From the NCBI GenBank assembly GCA_030167865.1, contig JALAGF010005857.1, forward strand, positions 1 to 64,000: DNA of 64,000 bases, in the 5' to 3' direction. This DNA comes from Craspedostauros australis. Taxonomy: Eukaryota. Shown here one piece after another: positions 12,201 through 23,300 of this stretch (the first letter of the stretch is position 1; every line of letters starts with the position of its first letter). Below the pieces are notes generated by a model that was not told where the DNA came from, did not search any database, and worked only from the letters and a program-made list of their open reading frames with translations. The position numbers and the translations under genes were made by a program.

Positions 12201-14247
12201 CGACGACGGAGAGTCCGCTCATCGCCAGGGACTTGGCGGAGTCTCCCTCTGTGAGGATGAGAGTGCAGAGATGCGACTTGGCGGTTCCGGCGTGGTTGGC
12301 ATCATCGAGCTTGGGGATGCCGGTGAGCTTGCTCTTCTTGACTCCACCCTTCTTCTTCATCTCCCTCTGCTCCTTGAAGCGCGCGAAGGACAGGATGTTG
12401 CTGACGATCTCGCTCTTGTCGATCTTCTTGTAGAAGGCGTCGGACAGAGTGATGGTGGAGCCAAAGCTCTTGGGACGGCTCGTGAGGAACTCCTTGGTCT
12501 GACTATCGAACGTTGGGTTCTCGATGAGACAGTTGACGAAGATGCAGAGGTGGTTCTTGATCTGGTTCGGCTTGATGTCGGTGCCGCCCTTGTTCTTCTT
12601 CTTGAGGGTCTCGCGGAGATGGGCCGCCACCTTGTCGGTGATGTAGTTGACGTGACCACCACCCTTGGAGGTGCAGATCGCGTTGGCGAAGGACACCTGC
12701 TGGAAGGAGCCGTCCGTGAAGGAGACTCCGACCTCCCAGCGTTCGTTGCACTTCTCGTAGGCGACAGGCGCGTTGACACCGTCGAACGTCTTGAGGTAGT
12801 CCTGGAAGGACTTGATGGGGAGCTTCTTCCCGTTGAGGGACACGGCCAGTCGTTTGCCGGCGCGCGATGCCATGCTGCCGGCGATGTCGTAGGCGCGCTT
12901 CGAGAGGAGGGCGACGGTGTCATCATCCAGGCTGTTCATCTTGAAGCGCTGCAGGTCTGGCGAGAAGCTGATCATGGTGTAATCACCGGCCTTCATCTCG
13001 GCCTTCGTGCACTTCTTGATGACAGGTGCATCATGCACGGACATGTTGTTGCGGAAGGTCTGCTTGAACTTCTTGCCCGTGTTGGTGTCCACGCACTCCA
13101 CGATGAAGAGGTCGCTGAAGATGTTGGCGAGCTTGGCACCGTAACCGTTGCGTCCTCCTGTGGTCTTCTTCTCCTTGTCATCGAAGTTGGATCCTGTGAG
13201 CAAGTGCCCGAAGATCATGGTGGGGATGTAGCACTTGTGTTCCTTGTGCTCGACGATGGGGATTCCTGTCATTGAGTGTGTGGCAATATTGTGTTGTTGT
13301 TGTATTGTTGTATTGTGGTAGTGGCGTCGTTAGTTGGCAAAACATACGAGTAGAAAAAGCGACAGAAACGAAAGCGATGATGTCAGCTGCGATCCTTCAG
13401 CATGGATGCTACCAGCACATATGCGCACACATTGATGAGCACTCCAGCAGCGAAAGTGAACGCGGACGTGAACGTGAACGTGAACGTACCTTTTCCGTTG
13501 TTCTTCACAGAAATGAGATTTTCCTGCTGGTTGACGAAGATGTCGAGCTTGTCCATGTTGGGATCACGCTGCTTGTTGTCGGCGGCATTTACGACAATCT
13601 CATCGAAGATCTTGTAGAGACCTGGCGTGAAGGTGATCTCGCGACTGACGATGAGGTTGTTCATGGCATCGAGGACGAACATTGGCTGGGTGATGGGCTC
13701 CACGCTTCCGATGTAGGTGTCTGGACGGATGAGGATGTGCTCCAGCCTGTTCGTTGCAGAAGTTGAGGTTGGGGTTGGGGTTGGATGACGGGTCAAAGAC
13801 ACGGATTCGTGAGATTCAATCAAGATGCAACGGTACGGATGAATGCGTGAGTGAAGCGTTGTGTGAGTCGGCGAAGGAGAGAGCGACATGCTGCTTTAAA
13901 CGACAGTGCCATAGTCAGCATACTGTCGCGAACCATTGCCATCATGGTTGCCTCCTTCCATCTGAACCATCAAAAGCCACTTACTGAGTCTTCTTCTGGT
14001 ACATCTCCTCAATGGTCTTCTCTTTCTTGCTGCCACCAGATGCTTTGCTCGGCGGCATATTCTCGATGTTAACAACGTTTTTGTTGGGCGAGATCACAGA
14101 CAGAACAGCGCCCTTGGTGTTCATGCTGGCCTTTGCCTTGCTGATGCTTCCAAGAGGAGTCATGTTCTCCTCGGCCTCCGACATGACATCCCCGAAGTCA
14201 CTGTCGTTGTCCTCCATCATGCTGAAATCGCTGTCGCTCATCGCCAT
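9235..14247 (-). CDS. TOP2: DNA topoisomerase II; exons 14247-13985, 13746-13490, 13265-9235
   Basis: Motifs YQKKTQLEHILIRPDTYIGS, GLYKIFDEIVVNAADN, TGGRNGYGAKL, ILTEGDSAK, FPLRGK, DQDHDGSHIKG, YKGLGTS and catalytic ASPRY. Both introns are GT-AG and keep frame. Confidence 0.98.
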
Positions 14248-14249
14248 CT

Positions 14250-14286
14250 TGGTTGGTTGGTTGGTTGGTTGGTTGGTTGGTTGGTT
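14250..14286 (+). repeat. (TTGG)n microsatellite immediately upstream of the TOP2 start codon
   Basis: About 9 tandem TTGG units. Confidence 0.9.
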
Positions 14287-15281
14287 GTGGTGGGGTGTTG
14301 ATTGGTTGTTACGTTCGGTTGGTAAACGAGGTGAATGTTGCTTCGCGCGTCAATGATTCCGCAGCGGCCACTTCAAACACAGAGAGTTTGGTCGAGAGTT
14401 GGAATTATGACGGAAAGGATGCGATCTTTCCTTCCTTCCCCACTTCATCGTCCGCTCGATGATTCTCGTTGTTTGCGTGCCAACGCCGCACACTGCATAC
14501 TGCATACTGCGTGGTGTGGTGTGCTGCTGCTGCTGGTGGTGGTGATGCTGACACTTCGCATCTCAGCATGCAACACTTCACTCCACTTCATTGCAGCATG
14601 CGTCGTTGGCGCGCGAACACCAAGAAGCAAGCAAGAAAGTTGATGTTTCTTGGCGCGACGTCGTCGTCGTCGTTTCGTTGCTCGACTATGTTGTCCAACA
14701 TTCCCACTGTTTGGGGGCAACCAAGAAAAAACGCCGAAAATGTGAACCTGGTTTGATTGTGCCGGCACGGTTTCTTGGTGTTCGGAGCAAGAATTACGTG
14801 CGTTGCCTACCAGACTCAACGCAAAAATCTGTTTGAAATCAACGTCCAAAAACGGTTTTCTGGGTTTGACCGGCGTGTCCTGCAACGGAAGCCGATCTTG
14901 GACTAAATGGACTTGAATTGTCTGTTTCTTGTCGTGTTGTCCGATTGTAGGATATGTGATACCACTTCAAGTGTCATTTTTGTCTGTGCGAATGTCGTGG
15001 ATCGGAATTGGCGTCAGGCAGACCAAGCGCGAGTTCAGTGTTGTACGTAGATCGTGGTAGACTTGTCACGTGGGTACGAAGAACGGAGTTGTCAGCTTCG
15101 TGTCACGCTGCCATCTCAGCGTGCGGACTGCGTGCGAGATGAAAATGTGGATTTGATTTTCTGCCCAACATCAACGCAATCAACAAGAGAGACCAACAGG
15201 CGAGGGTGACCAGCAACAGCACCAACGTTCCCTCACAAAAAGCAAGAAAGAACAACTTTGAAGATCAAGAGTATCGTCAAC

Positions 15282-15794
15282 ATGAAGACCATCGCAACCA
15301 CCACCCTCCTCCTGGCCCTCCTCGTGGGCGTCGCCAGCGCCTTCTTCCGCCCAGCGGCTCCTTACCAAGTGGAGACGCAGCCAGCCGCCGTGCCACGCGG
15401 AGGAGCCCAAGCCTCCTTCGATGCTGGTCTTGACAACCCAGAGATCGCCGTCGACCAGAACATCGCCCCAGCCCGCAAGTGCGGATTCTGCATCGGAGTA
15501 CGTTCACTTGACACCTCATCGTTGCTGTTGCTCTTACTGTTTCTGTCTATCTGCCATGAATGTTGTCTGATGCATCACAGAACAATTTCTGTTTTTTCTG
15601 CCGTTTGTGAGTCGAAGGGGTGCGAATGCTGCTGCTGCTGCTCCTCCTCGACATTCCGTTCTCACAACCGTCCGCCCTTCTTGAAATTGTCACATCACAA
15701 ACGACATCTTCAACCACACATCTCGCCCCACAACTTTCACTACTTGCGAACACAGTGATCCGGGCAGACGAACTGTCCAGTCAGCGGGTTGTAA
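15282..15794 (+). CDS. Small plastid-targeted CxxC protein; exon 1 15282-15497, exon 2 from 15756. 72 aa if UGA (15756-58) terminates, 84 aa if UGA is decoded as Sec (candidate selenoprotein)
   Basis: Presequence MKTIATTTLLLALLVGVASA|FFRP. Exon 1 ends ...PARKCGFCIG, followed by donor GTACGT at 15498 and acceptor CACAG ending 15755. Exon 2 reads TGA-S-G-Q-T-N-C-P-V-S-G-L-TAA. Confidence 0.75.
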
Positions 15795-15819
15795 ACCCCT
15801 TTCACCTCAGTTCGTCGCC

Positions 15820-15945
15820 TAGTCGGGTGGGACGGGCATGGACTCAGTTGCAAACAAACAGAGGAAACCGCTGCTTGCCGCGAGCAATGCAGCGCAGCAG
15901 CTCTATTCCAAGCCGCAACGGTCCATGCCATCCTGCACCTGACTA
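15820..15945 (+). other. Long imperfect RNA hairpin in the presumed 3' UTR of the small CxxC gene
   Basis: Nested complementary pairs: TAGTC/GACTA, GGGTG/CACCT, GGCATGGAC/GTCCATGCC, GTTGC/GCAAC, AGAG/CTCT, GCTGC/GCAGC and TTGC/GCAA. Confidence 0.7.
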
Positions 15946-16451
15946 TAAAGATCCTCTCCTACTTCGCTAGTCCGAGGAGCATCGCGTCGACGAGAATGTG
16001 AACCTTGCGCCAAACTGCAACGTGCATCTGCGTGCACAATCATGCCAAGCAACGCTATTGAGCGATGTTTTGCAGCACACAGCACGCAGCAACAACAGCC
16101 ACCTCAACCAACCCTGCCGCAGCACACCGCACCGCCATCCATCCAGTATTGAACTGTACTGCACTCTCTTTGGAGAATGGTAGTGCATGAGCACTTCTGT
16201 ACTCAGGGTGTCATCCACAGGCGAAAGGATGCCATGGATCAACGCATGGGTGGGTGGTTGGACACGCGGCGAGGTGGCTCTGTGGCGCTGTGGATACGCA
16301 CAGGTTAACATTCGAGTCGATTCGACTGCTCTGAAGATTGGAGGAGTGGAGTGATCATCCATGGTGCATGCTCGTAAGGAGAGTTATGCACCTACCAACT
16401 TGTTCAGAAGACAGCACGGTATCGACATCGTGTGGAATGCTGCACGCAACG

Positions 16452-16538
16452 CATCAATTTCTTCAACGTTCCAGAATGACGCCATCAGATCTCCAAGTCT
16501 TGAGATCCGAAGGTTGAGATTGGAAACGTTAGTTGATG
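16452..16538 (+). promoter_or_regulatory. SECIS-like stem-loop (kink-turn core AUGAC/UGAG, apical AA)
   Basis: Outer helix CATCAATT/AGTTGATG. Helix I AACGTTCCA/TGGAA(A)CGTT. Core ATGAC (16476-80) and TGAG (16515-18). Helix II GCCATCAGATCTC/GAGATCCGAAGGT. Loop CAAGTCTT. Confidence 0.55.
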
Positions 16539-17325
16539 ACGAGCCTGGCCACTTCCGTACGTTGATCGATCCCCGCTGACCCTCAACACAGCCTCGCATT
16601 GTTCCGGTGGCTGCTTTTGGGGAACGCGACCCTCTTTCGGAGTTCGAAATCCACGAAACAGCCAATAACACGAATAGCGCAACAGCTTTGGAACCTATTA
16701 GCACACACGCAATCGCTGTAGCCAAATAGCAGAGGGAGAGGGAGCGCGTACCATAGTCTCTTCATACGAACTGACATGAACCTAGTGGAGTTGTATTGTT
16801 GTGTTGGAGAGGATGTCTGATACGAGCTTACGAGTTGTCCATCTCCAAGCGTCCTCGGAGTGATGCTGTTCTTGTGCTTTTCGGTTTGTTGGATGTCGAT
16901 TGAGAATTTCCATTCATGGATAGTTCTATCTTTACCAGGTATAGACTACGTCTGTCCAACCATCGGATGGGCTCGACAACCACCTCTCTTGTCCCACCAA
17001 AGAACGCAAGAAAGCCAAGAAAAATGTGAAGCGATGGGTCTCCGCAGTTGGAGGCCGAATGTGGGTGACCAACCAATCTTTGGTGAAGATTTCGTTGATG
17101 CCAAACCTTCTCGATGAGGAGGAACACCAACATCGACGTGCCCACACACACTCACTCACACTCACTCACTCACACAAACACATCCATCGGCTGCGCTCGA
17201 CCATTGATCGGGGTGCATCAACCGAGACGACACGACAAGGCAACACCAGCATCAACAGCATCCGACACATTCCAACTCCACTCTAGTGTTTCCGCTGCGA
17301 AAGCAACGAAGTCCGACCCATCATC

Positions 17326-20300
17326 ATGTCGGAAAAGAACTTCCAAGGGTACTCGTACCATGAGATGTCCAACAAGGTCGAACGGGCCAGCAAGCCCAGA
17401 CGGCGCAACAACGAGGCCACCGGCGAGGTCGAGACGTTGCGTGGACGCAAGGCGATCGGGCGCATGGGTGATATGGTCGCCTCCAAGTCCGAACGTCCCG
17501 CCGAGCTTCAGAAATCCATGGATCGCAGGACGAAGAAGCAGAAAACATCGGGAGGCTCCAAGCGCAAGGAGAACATCCTCAACGCGACGGGTGGTCAGAC
17601 CATTCTAGACTTTGACAAGGTCACGGGGTACCAACCCACCACCGAATCCTCGCGTGCGGCGTTCGAGAACATTCTGGTAAGTGCGATATGCTCCTGTTCT
17701 TCTTCTTCTTCTTCTCGTGATGAGTCATGTACTGTGCTCAATTGTGCATGTGATCCGAATTGCAGTCTAAAATCAACATCCAACGACCATCAGCTCACCC
17801 CAACCACTTACTTATCTCTCCCATCTCTTCTCTTGTCACACCCCAAATCATTCACTCAATCAATCACTCAATCACCCGCTCAATTACAACAGACAACCCT
17901 GTCCTCCAAAGCCTACCTCGGGAATCAACCATCCTCCGTCCTGCGCGATGCTGCCGAGGAGATCATTCAGATTCTGAAGGACGGCAGCCTGCGGGATCCG
18001 GAACGTCACGAGCAGGTGTCGCGTCTCATGACCGGCAAGGCCGCTCAGAAACGTTCCGGTAGCGGCAAGGGCGGCCTGCCCGCCGACAAGTTCGCCTCCA
18101 TGGTGCAGCTCGGTAAGCAGCTCGACGATTACGAGGACTACCTGCGACGTGGCTCATCCTCGGGACAGGGCGACGACGCCGAGAAGCTCGACGAGAACAT
18201 CGGCGTCGCCGTCGTCTTTGATGATGACTCCGATGCCAACAGCGCCGGGGACGGCGGCAGCGGCGAGGAAGGCATGGTCGTCGACCTGTCCTCCGACTCC
18301 GAGGCCGAATCCGACGAGGAAAGCAATTCCGATGACGATCTGGCCGGTGCCGATGACGACGAGGAGAAGCTGGTGCAAGGCGATGCGCTGAAGAAGAAGA
18401 AAACATCGAAGGACAAGAGCCGCATCCTCAGCGTGCACGAGATCGACGCCCAGTTCCTGCAGCGCAAGCTCGCGCAGCATTTCGACGAGGCGGATGAAGC
18501 CGCAGCAGTCGCCGCCAAGGTGCTCGAAAAGCTCGATATTCGCGAGGGCGGGGATGCACGTCAGTGCGAGAACGGACTGCTCGAATTCCTTCCGGTCACC
18601 TTGTTGGATACTGTCAAACTGCTCATCCACAACCGCGTGCGCATCTGGGCCTGCATCTCCATGAAGCGTGCCCAAACGGACGAACAGCGCGATGATGTCG
18701 AGCAGGCATTGAAGGACGAGGAAACAGGCGAAGGACAGGTGGTGTGGAACGAGATCAACTCCAAGGGAGCTTCCAGTGACTGGACCCGCGGTCGCACACC
18801 CGGAGTCCCTGACACGTCGAAGAGCAGCAAGGACGTGTCGAAGGCACTCGATGCCGTCAAGAGCTCCTCCACCAACCCAACCAAGGTGGAATCGATGGAC
18901 GTCGACGCAGGCCCATCGAAGAAGAACGTCCAGGAGCTGGACCTCAAGGCGCTGTCCTTCGTCGAAGGTGCCAGAGTCATGAGCAACAAGGAATGCAAGC
19001 TGCCAGACGAGTCCTGGCGTGCGATGAAGAAGGGATACGAAGAGGTGCACGTGCCGGCCGTCCGCAGCATCATCCCCAAGGGCGAGAAGCTCATCCCCAT
19101 CAAGAAGCTCCCGAAGTGGACGCATTCGGCCTTCAAGGGCATGGAGAAGCTCAATCGCATCCAATCCCGAATGTGCGACGTCGCCCTGAAATCCTCCGAG
19201 AATGTGCTGCTCTGTGCCCCAACTGGAGCAGGAAAGACCAACGTGGCATGCCTCACCATGATGAACATCCTGGGCCAGTACCGCAAGGCGGAGAAACCTG
19301 GCGAGGAGGGCATCCGACCGCTCAACGAGCAATTCAACAAGGACGCCTTCAAGATCGTGTACATCGCCCCGATGAAGGCCCTGGTGCAGGAAGTCGTGAA
19401 GAACTTTTCCAACCGTCTGCAAGATTACGGCATCGCCGTCCGCGAATTGTCCGGTGACTCGAGCCTGTCGAGACAGCAGATCGGAGAAACGCAGCTGCTC
19501 GTGACGACGCCAGAGAAATGGGACATCGTCACGCGACAAGGCGAGGGCCGTGCCTTCACGCAGCTCATCAAGCTCGTCATCATTGACGAAATTCACTTGC
19601 TACACGACGAGCGTGGTCCAGTGCTCGAGAGCATCGTCGCCCGTGTGATCCGTCAGGTGGAGACCACCGCAGAACCAATCCGCCTGGTCGGCTTGTCCGC
19701 GACGTTACCAAACTACGCCGACGTCGCCACCTTCTTGCGAGTCAAGCCAGACAAGGGCCTGTTCTTCTTCGACCATTCCTACCGTCCAGTTCCATTGCAG
19801 ATGCAGTATGTGGGCATCACGGAGCGCAACGCCTTCCGTCGCATGCAATTGCAAAACGAGCTTTGCTACGAGAAGTCTCTTATCCAACGCAAGAACGACA
19901 ACCAGGTGCTCATCTTTGTCCACAGCCGTGCCGAAACGGGCAAGACAGCCAAGGCGCTGCGAGACCTGGCCCTGGAACGTGACGAGTCCTCCATCTTCGT
20001 GCGTGAAGGTGGTGCAACGCAGGAGATCCTTCGCGAGGAGTCCGCCAGCGTCAAGAATGCCGATCTCAAGGAGGTGCTGCAGCATGGATTCGCCATCCAC
20101 CATGCCGGTATGGGCCGCGCAGATCGTGAGCTCGTCGAAGACCTGTTCGCCGATCGTCATATCTCCGTTCTGTGCACAACAGCCACCTTGGCGTGGGGAG
20201 TCAACCTTCCAGCACACGCCGTGATCATCAGAGGTACCCAGATCTACGACCCGTCCAAGGGCCACTGGGCCGAACTCAGTCCGCTGGATGTGCTGCAGAT

Positions 20301-23300
20301 GCTGGGTCGTGCGGGACGTCCGCAGTACGATACCACAGGAGAAGGTATCATCCTAACACAGCACAACCAGCTGCAGTACTACCTGTCGCTCACCAACCTG
20401 CAGCTTCCGGTGGAGAGTCAGCTGATCAAGACTCTGCCAGACCATTTGAATGCCGAGGTTGTGCTCGGCACAGTCCAGACCATCGAAGAAGCAGCAGAGT
20501 GGCTGAGCTACACTTTCCTGTACGTGCGCATGCTCCGCAACCCAACACTGTACGGCATCCCCGATCCGGCGAACACCCTGCGCGAGGATGCAACGCTCAA
20601 GCAACACCGTTTGGACCTCGTGCACACCGCTGCCTGCATGCTGGAGAAGAGCCACTTGATCCGGTACGATCGAAGGAGCGGTCTCATCCATTCCACGCCG
20701 CTCGGCCGTGTCGCCAGTCAGTTCTACATCTCGCATTCCTCCATGTCCGTGTACAACCGTCACATGCGACCAACCATGTCGGACATCGAGATCCTTCGCC
20801 TGTTCAGTTTGAGCGGCGAATTCACCCACATCACGGTGCGTGAAGAAGAGAAGCTGGAGCTCGCCAAGCTCGCCGGAAAGGTCCCAATCCCAGTCAAGGA
20901 AAGTCCGAACGAGCCTTCCGCCAAGGTCAACATCCTGCTGCAGGCGTACATCTCGCGTCTCAAGCTCGATGGCTTTGCGCTGGTCGCTGACATGGCCTTC
21001 ATCCAGCAATCCGCGGCCCGTATCATGCGGTGTCTCTTCGAGATCGCCCTTCGCAGAAACTGGGCATCGCTGGCCAAGCTGACACTGGACTGGTCCAACA
21101 TGGTCGCCAGCCGCATCTGGAAGAGCCAATCGCCGTTGCGACAGTTCCACAACGTCCCGGAGGTCATCGCCCGCAAGCTGGAACGCAAGGTGGACATCGA
21201 ATGGTCCAGGTACCATCACCTCACCTCGTCCGACCTTGGTGAGCTCGTCGGTGTGCCAAAGATCGGCCGCGTTCTTCACAAGCTGGTGCATCAATTCCCG
21301 CGCCTCGAGCTGTCGGGTGCGCAGATCCAACCGATCACCCGGTCCTTGCTGAGGGTGGACCTGACATTGGCTCCGGCCTTCCAGTTCGATGTCGACGTCC
21401 ATGGGTACTCGCAGCTCTTCCACGTCTTCGTCGAAGACGTGAATGGAGAAGCCATTCTGCACCACGAAGTGCTCTCGTTGAAGTACCGCAGCACGGATGA
21501 GGAGCAAGGTCTTGCATTCAACGTGCCCATCCTCGAGCCACTTCCACCGGTGTACTTCGTGCGCGTGGTCTCCGATCGATGGCTCCATTCCATGTCCGTC
21601 CTTCCGATCGCCTTCAACCATCTCATCCTACCGGCCAAGTTTTACCCACCCACCGAGCTTTTGGATTTGCAGCCGTTGCAACGAACCGCAGTTGGCGAAG
21701 CCGCGCTGGCCAAGCTCTTCAAGTTCAAAGAGTTCAACCCCATCCAAACCCAGTGCTTTCATGAGCTGTTCAAGACGGACCGCAACGCTCTCGTCTGCGC
21801 ACCGTCAGGATCAGGAAAGACTGTCTGCGCGGAGTTTGCCATCCTTCGGATGCTGATGCAAAGTGCTGATGGCAAGTGCGTCTTCGTGGCCCCCACCGAT
21901 GACGCTGCAGAGCCGGTGTACAAGGATTGGTGCAAGCGATTCGGCAGCGTCGTCGGGCGTGGCATGATCGTCCGTCTCACGGGTGATATCAACTCCGACC
22001 TCAAACTGCTGTCCAGCGGCCGCATCGTCGTGGCATCCATCACCGCATGGGACATGCTCAGCCGCCGTTGGCGTCAGCGCAAGGCTGTGCAGGCCGTGTC
22101 CCTCGTCGTATTTGACGAGCTCCACTTCCTCGGCAGCGACATCGGCCCTATCATGGAGGTCGTCATTTCGCGCATGCGCTACATGAGCAGCCAGATGAAG
22201 CAGAAGAACGACGTGGGCATTCGCATCGTCGGTCTCAGTGCCTCCCTCGCAAATGCGCGAGACATCGCGGACTGGATGGGCGTGGCTCCAAAGAGCCTGT
22301 TCAACTTCTCCCCCAAGGTCCGTCCGATGCCCCTGGAGATGTACTTCCAGTCGTTCGACCAGTCCAACTACTCCGGCCGTCTCATGGCAATGGCCAAGCC
22401 TGTGTTCAACGCCATCGCCAAGCACGGCGACGGCAAGCCCACCATCGTGTTCGTCCCAAGCCGTCGCCAGGCTCAGCTCACAGCGATCGACATCATGATG
22501 TACCGCAAGAGCCAGAACATGGAACCGTTCCTTGGCAACAAGCACACAGAAGATACCATGGAGGAAGCCGCCAGCGACATGGTGGAGCCTGCGTTGGAGC
22601 AGGTCCTGCAATCTGGGGTCGGCTTCGTCCACGGTGGAATGTTGCAGGGAGACTATGACGCAGTCACCAAGCTCTTCGACGAAGGATCCATCAAGGTGCT
22701 CGTTTGCCCAGCCGACATGTGCTGGAAGCTCCAGAGCGTGGCGCACCTCGTCGTTGTGATGGGCACAGAAGCCTACGATGGACGCGAGAAGCGGCATGTG
22801 GACTACCGCATCGTGGATCTCCTGCACATGCTGGGTCGTCACCAGCCAGACCGCAGCGGAAAGTGTGTCATCATGTGCTACCAGCCCAAGAAGGAGACTC
22901 TGAAGAAGCTTCTGTACGAACCACTTCCAGTCGAGAGTCATTTGGACGGATACCTGCACGATCCGCTCATTTCGGAGATCATCACGAAGACCGTCGAGTC
23001 CATGCAAGATGCCGTGGACTATCTCACCTGGACCTTCCTGTACCGACGACTGACGAAGAATCCGACCTACTACGGTCTCCAGGGAACTTCCAACGAGCAC
23101 GTCAGCGAATACCTCAGCGAGATGGTGGAGACCGTCCTGGGTGACCTCGAGGCAAGCAGATGCTGCAAAATGACTGACGAAGGCGACATTTCCGCGCTGA
23201 ACCTGGGTATGATCGCGGCGTACTACTACATCCAGTACCGCACCGTCGACATCATCGCATCCAGCGTCACCGCCAAGACCAAGGTCAGAGGCATCCTGGA

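Noticed and set aside
10291..13275. 994-aa plus-strand ORF
   Set aside because: Antisense shadow of TOP2 caused by GC3-rich codon usage; no recognisable motifs.
15258..15758. 166-aa unspliced ORF containing CECCCCC
   Set aside because: The second half is low-complexity and bounded by GTACGT..CACAG, so it is better explained as an intron.
15860..15945. Cobalamin riboswitch resemblance (GCCGCAACGGT)
   Set aside because: Only a short partial match; the other conserved elements and their order are missing.
15996..16040. GTGAA...AAA as an alternative SECIS
   Set aside because: Helix II pairs poorly and there is no correctly placed 3' GA.
16533..16579. TGATGA...CTGA as a box C/D snoRNA
   Set aside because: Too short between the boxes, no clear terminal stem, and it overlaps the better-supported SECIS-like hairpin.
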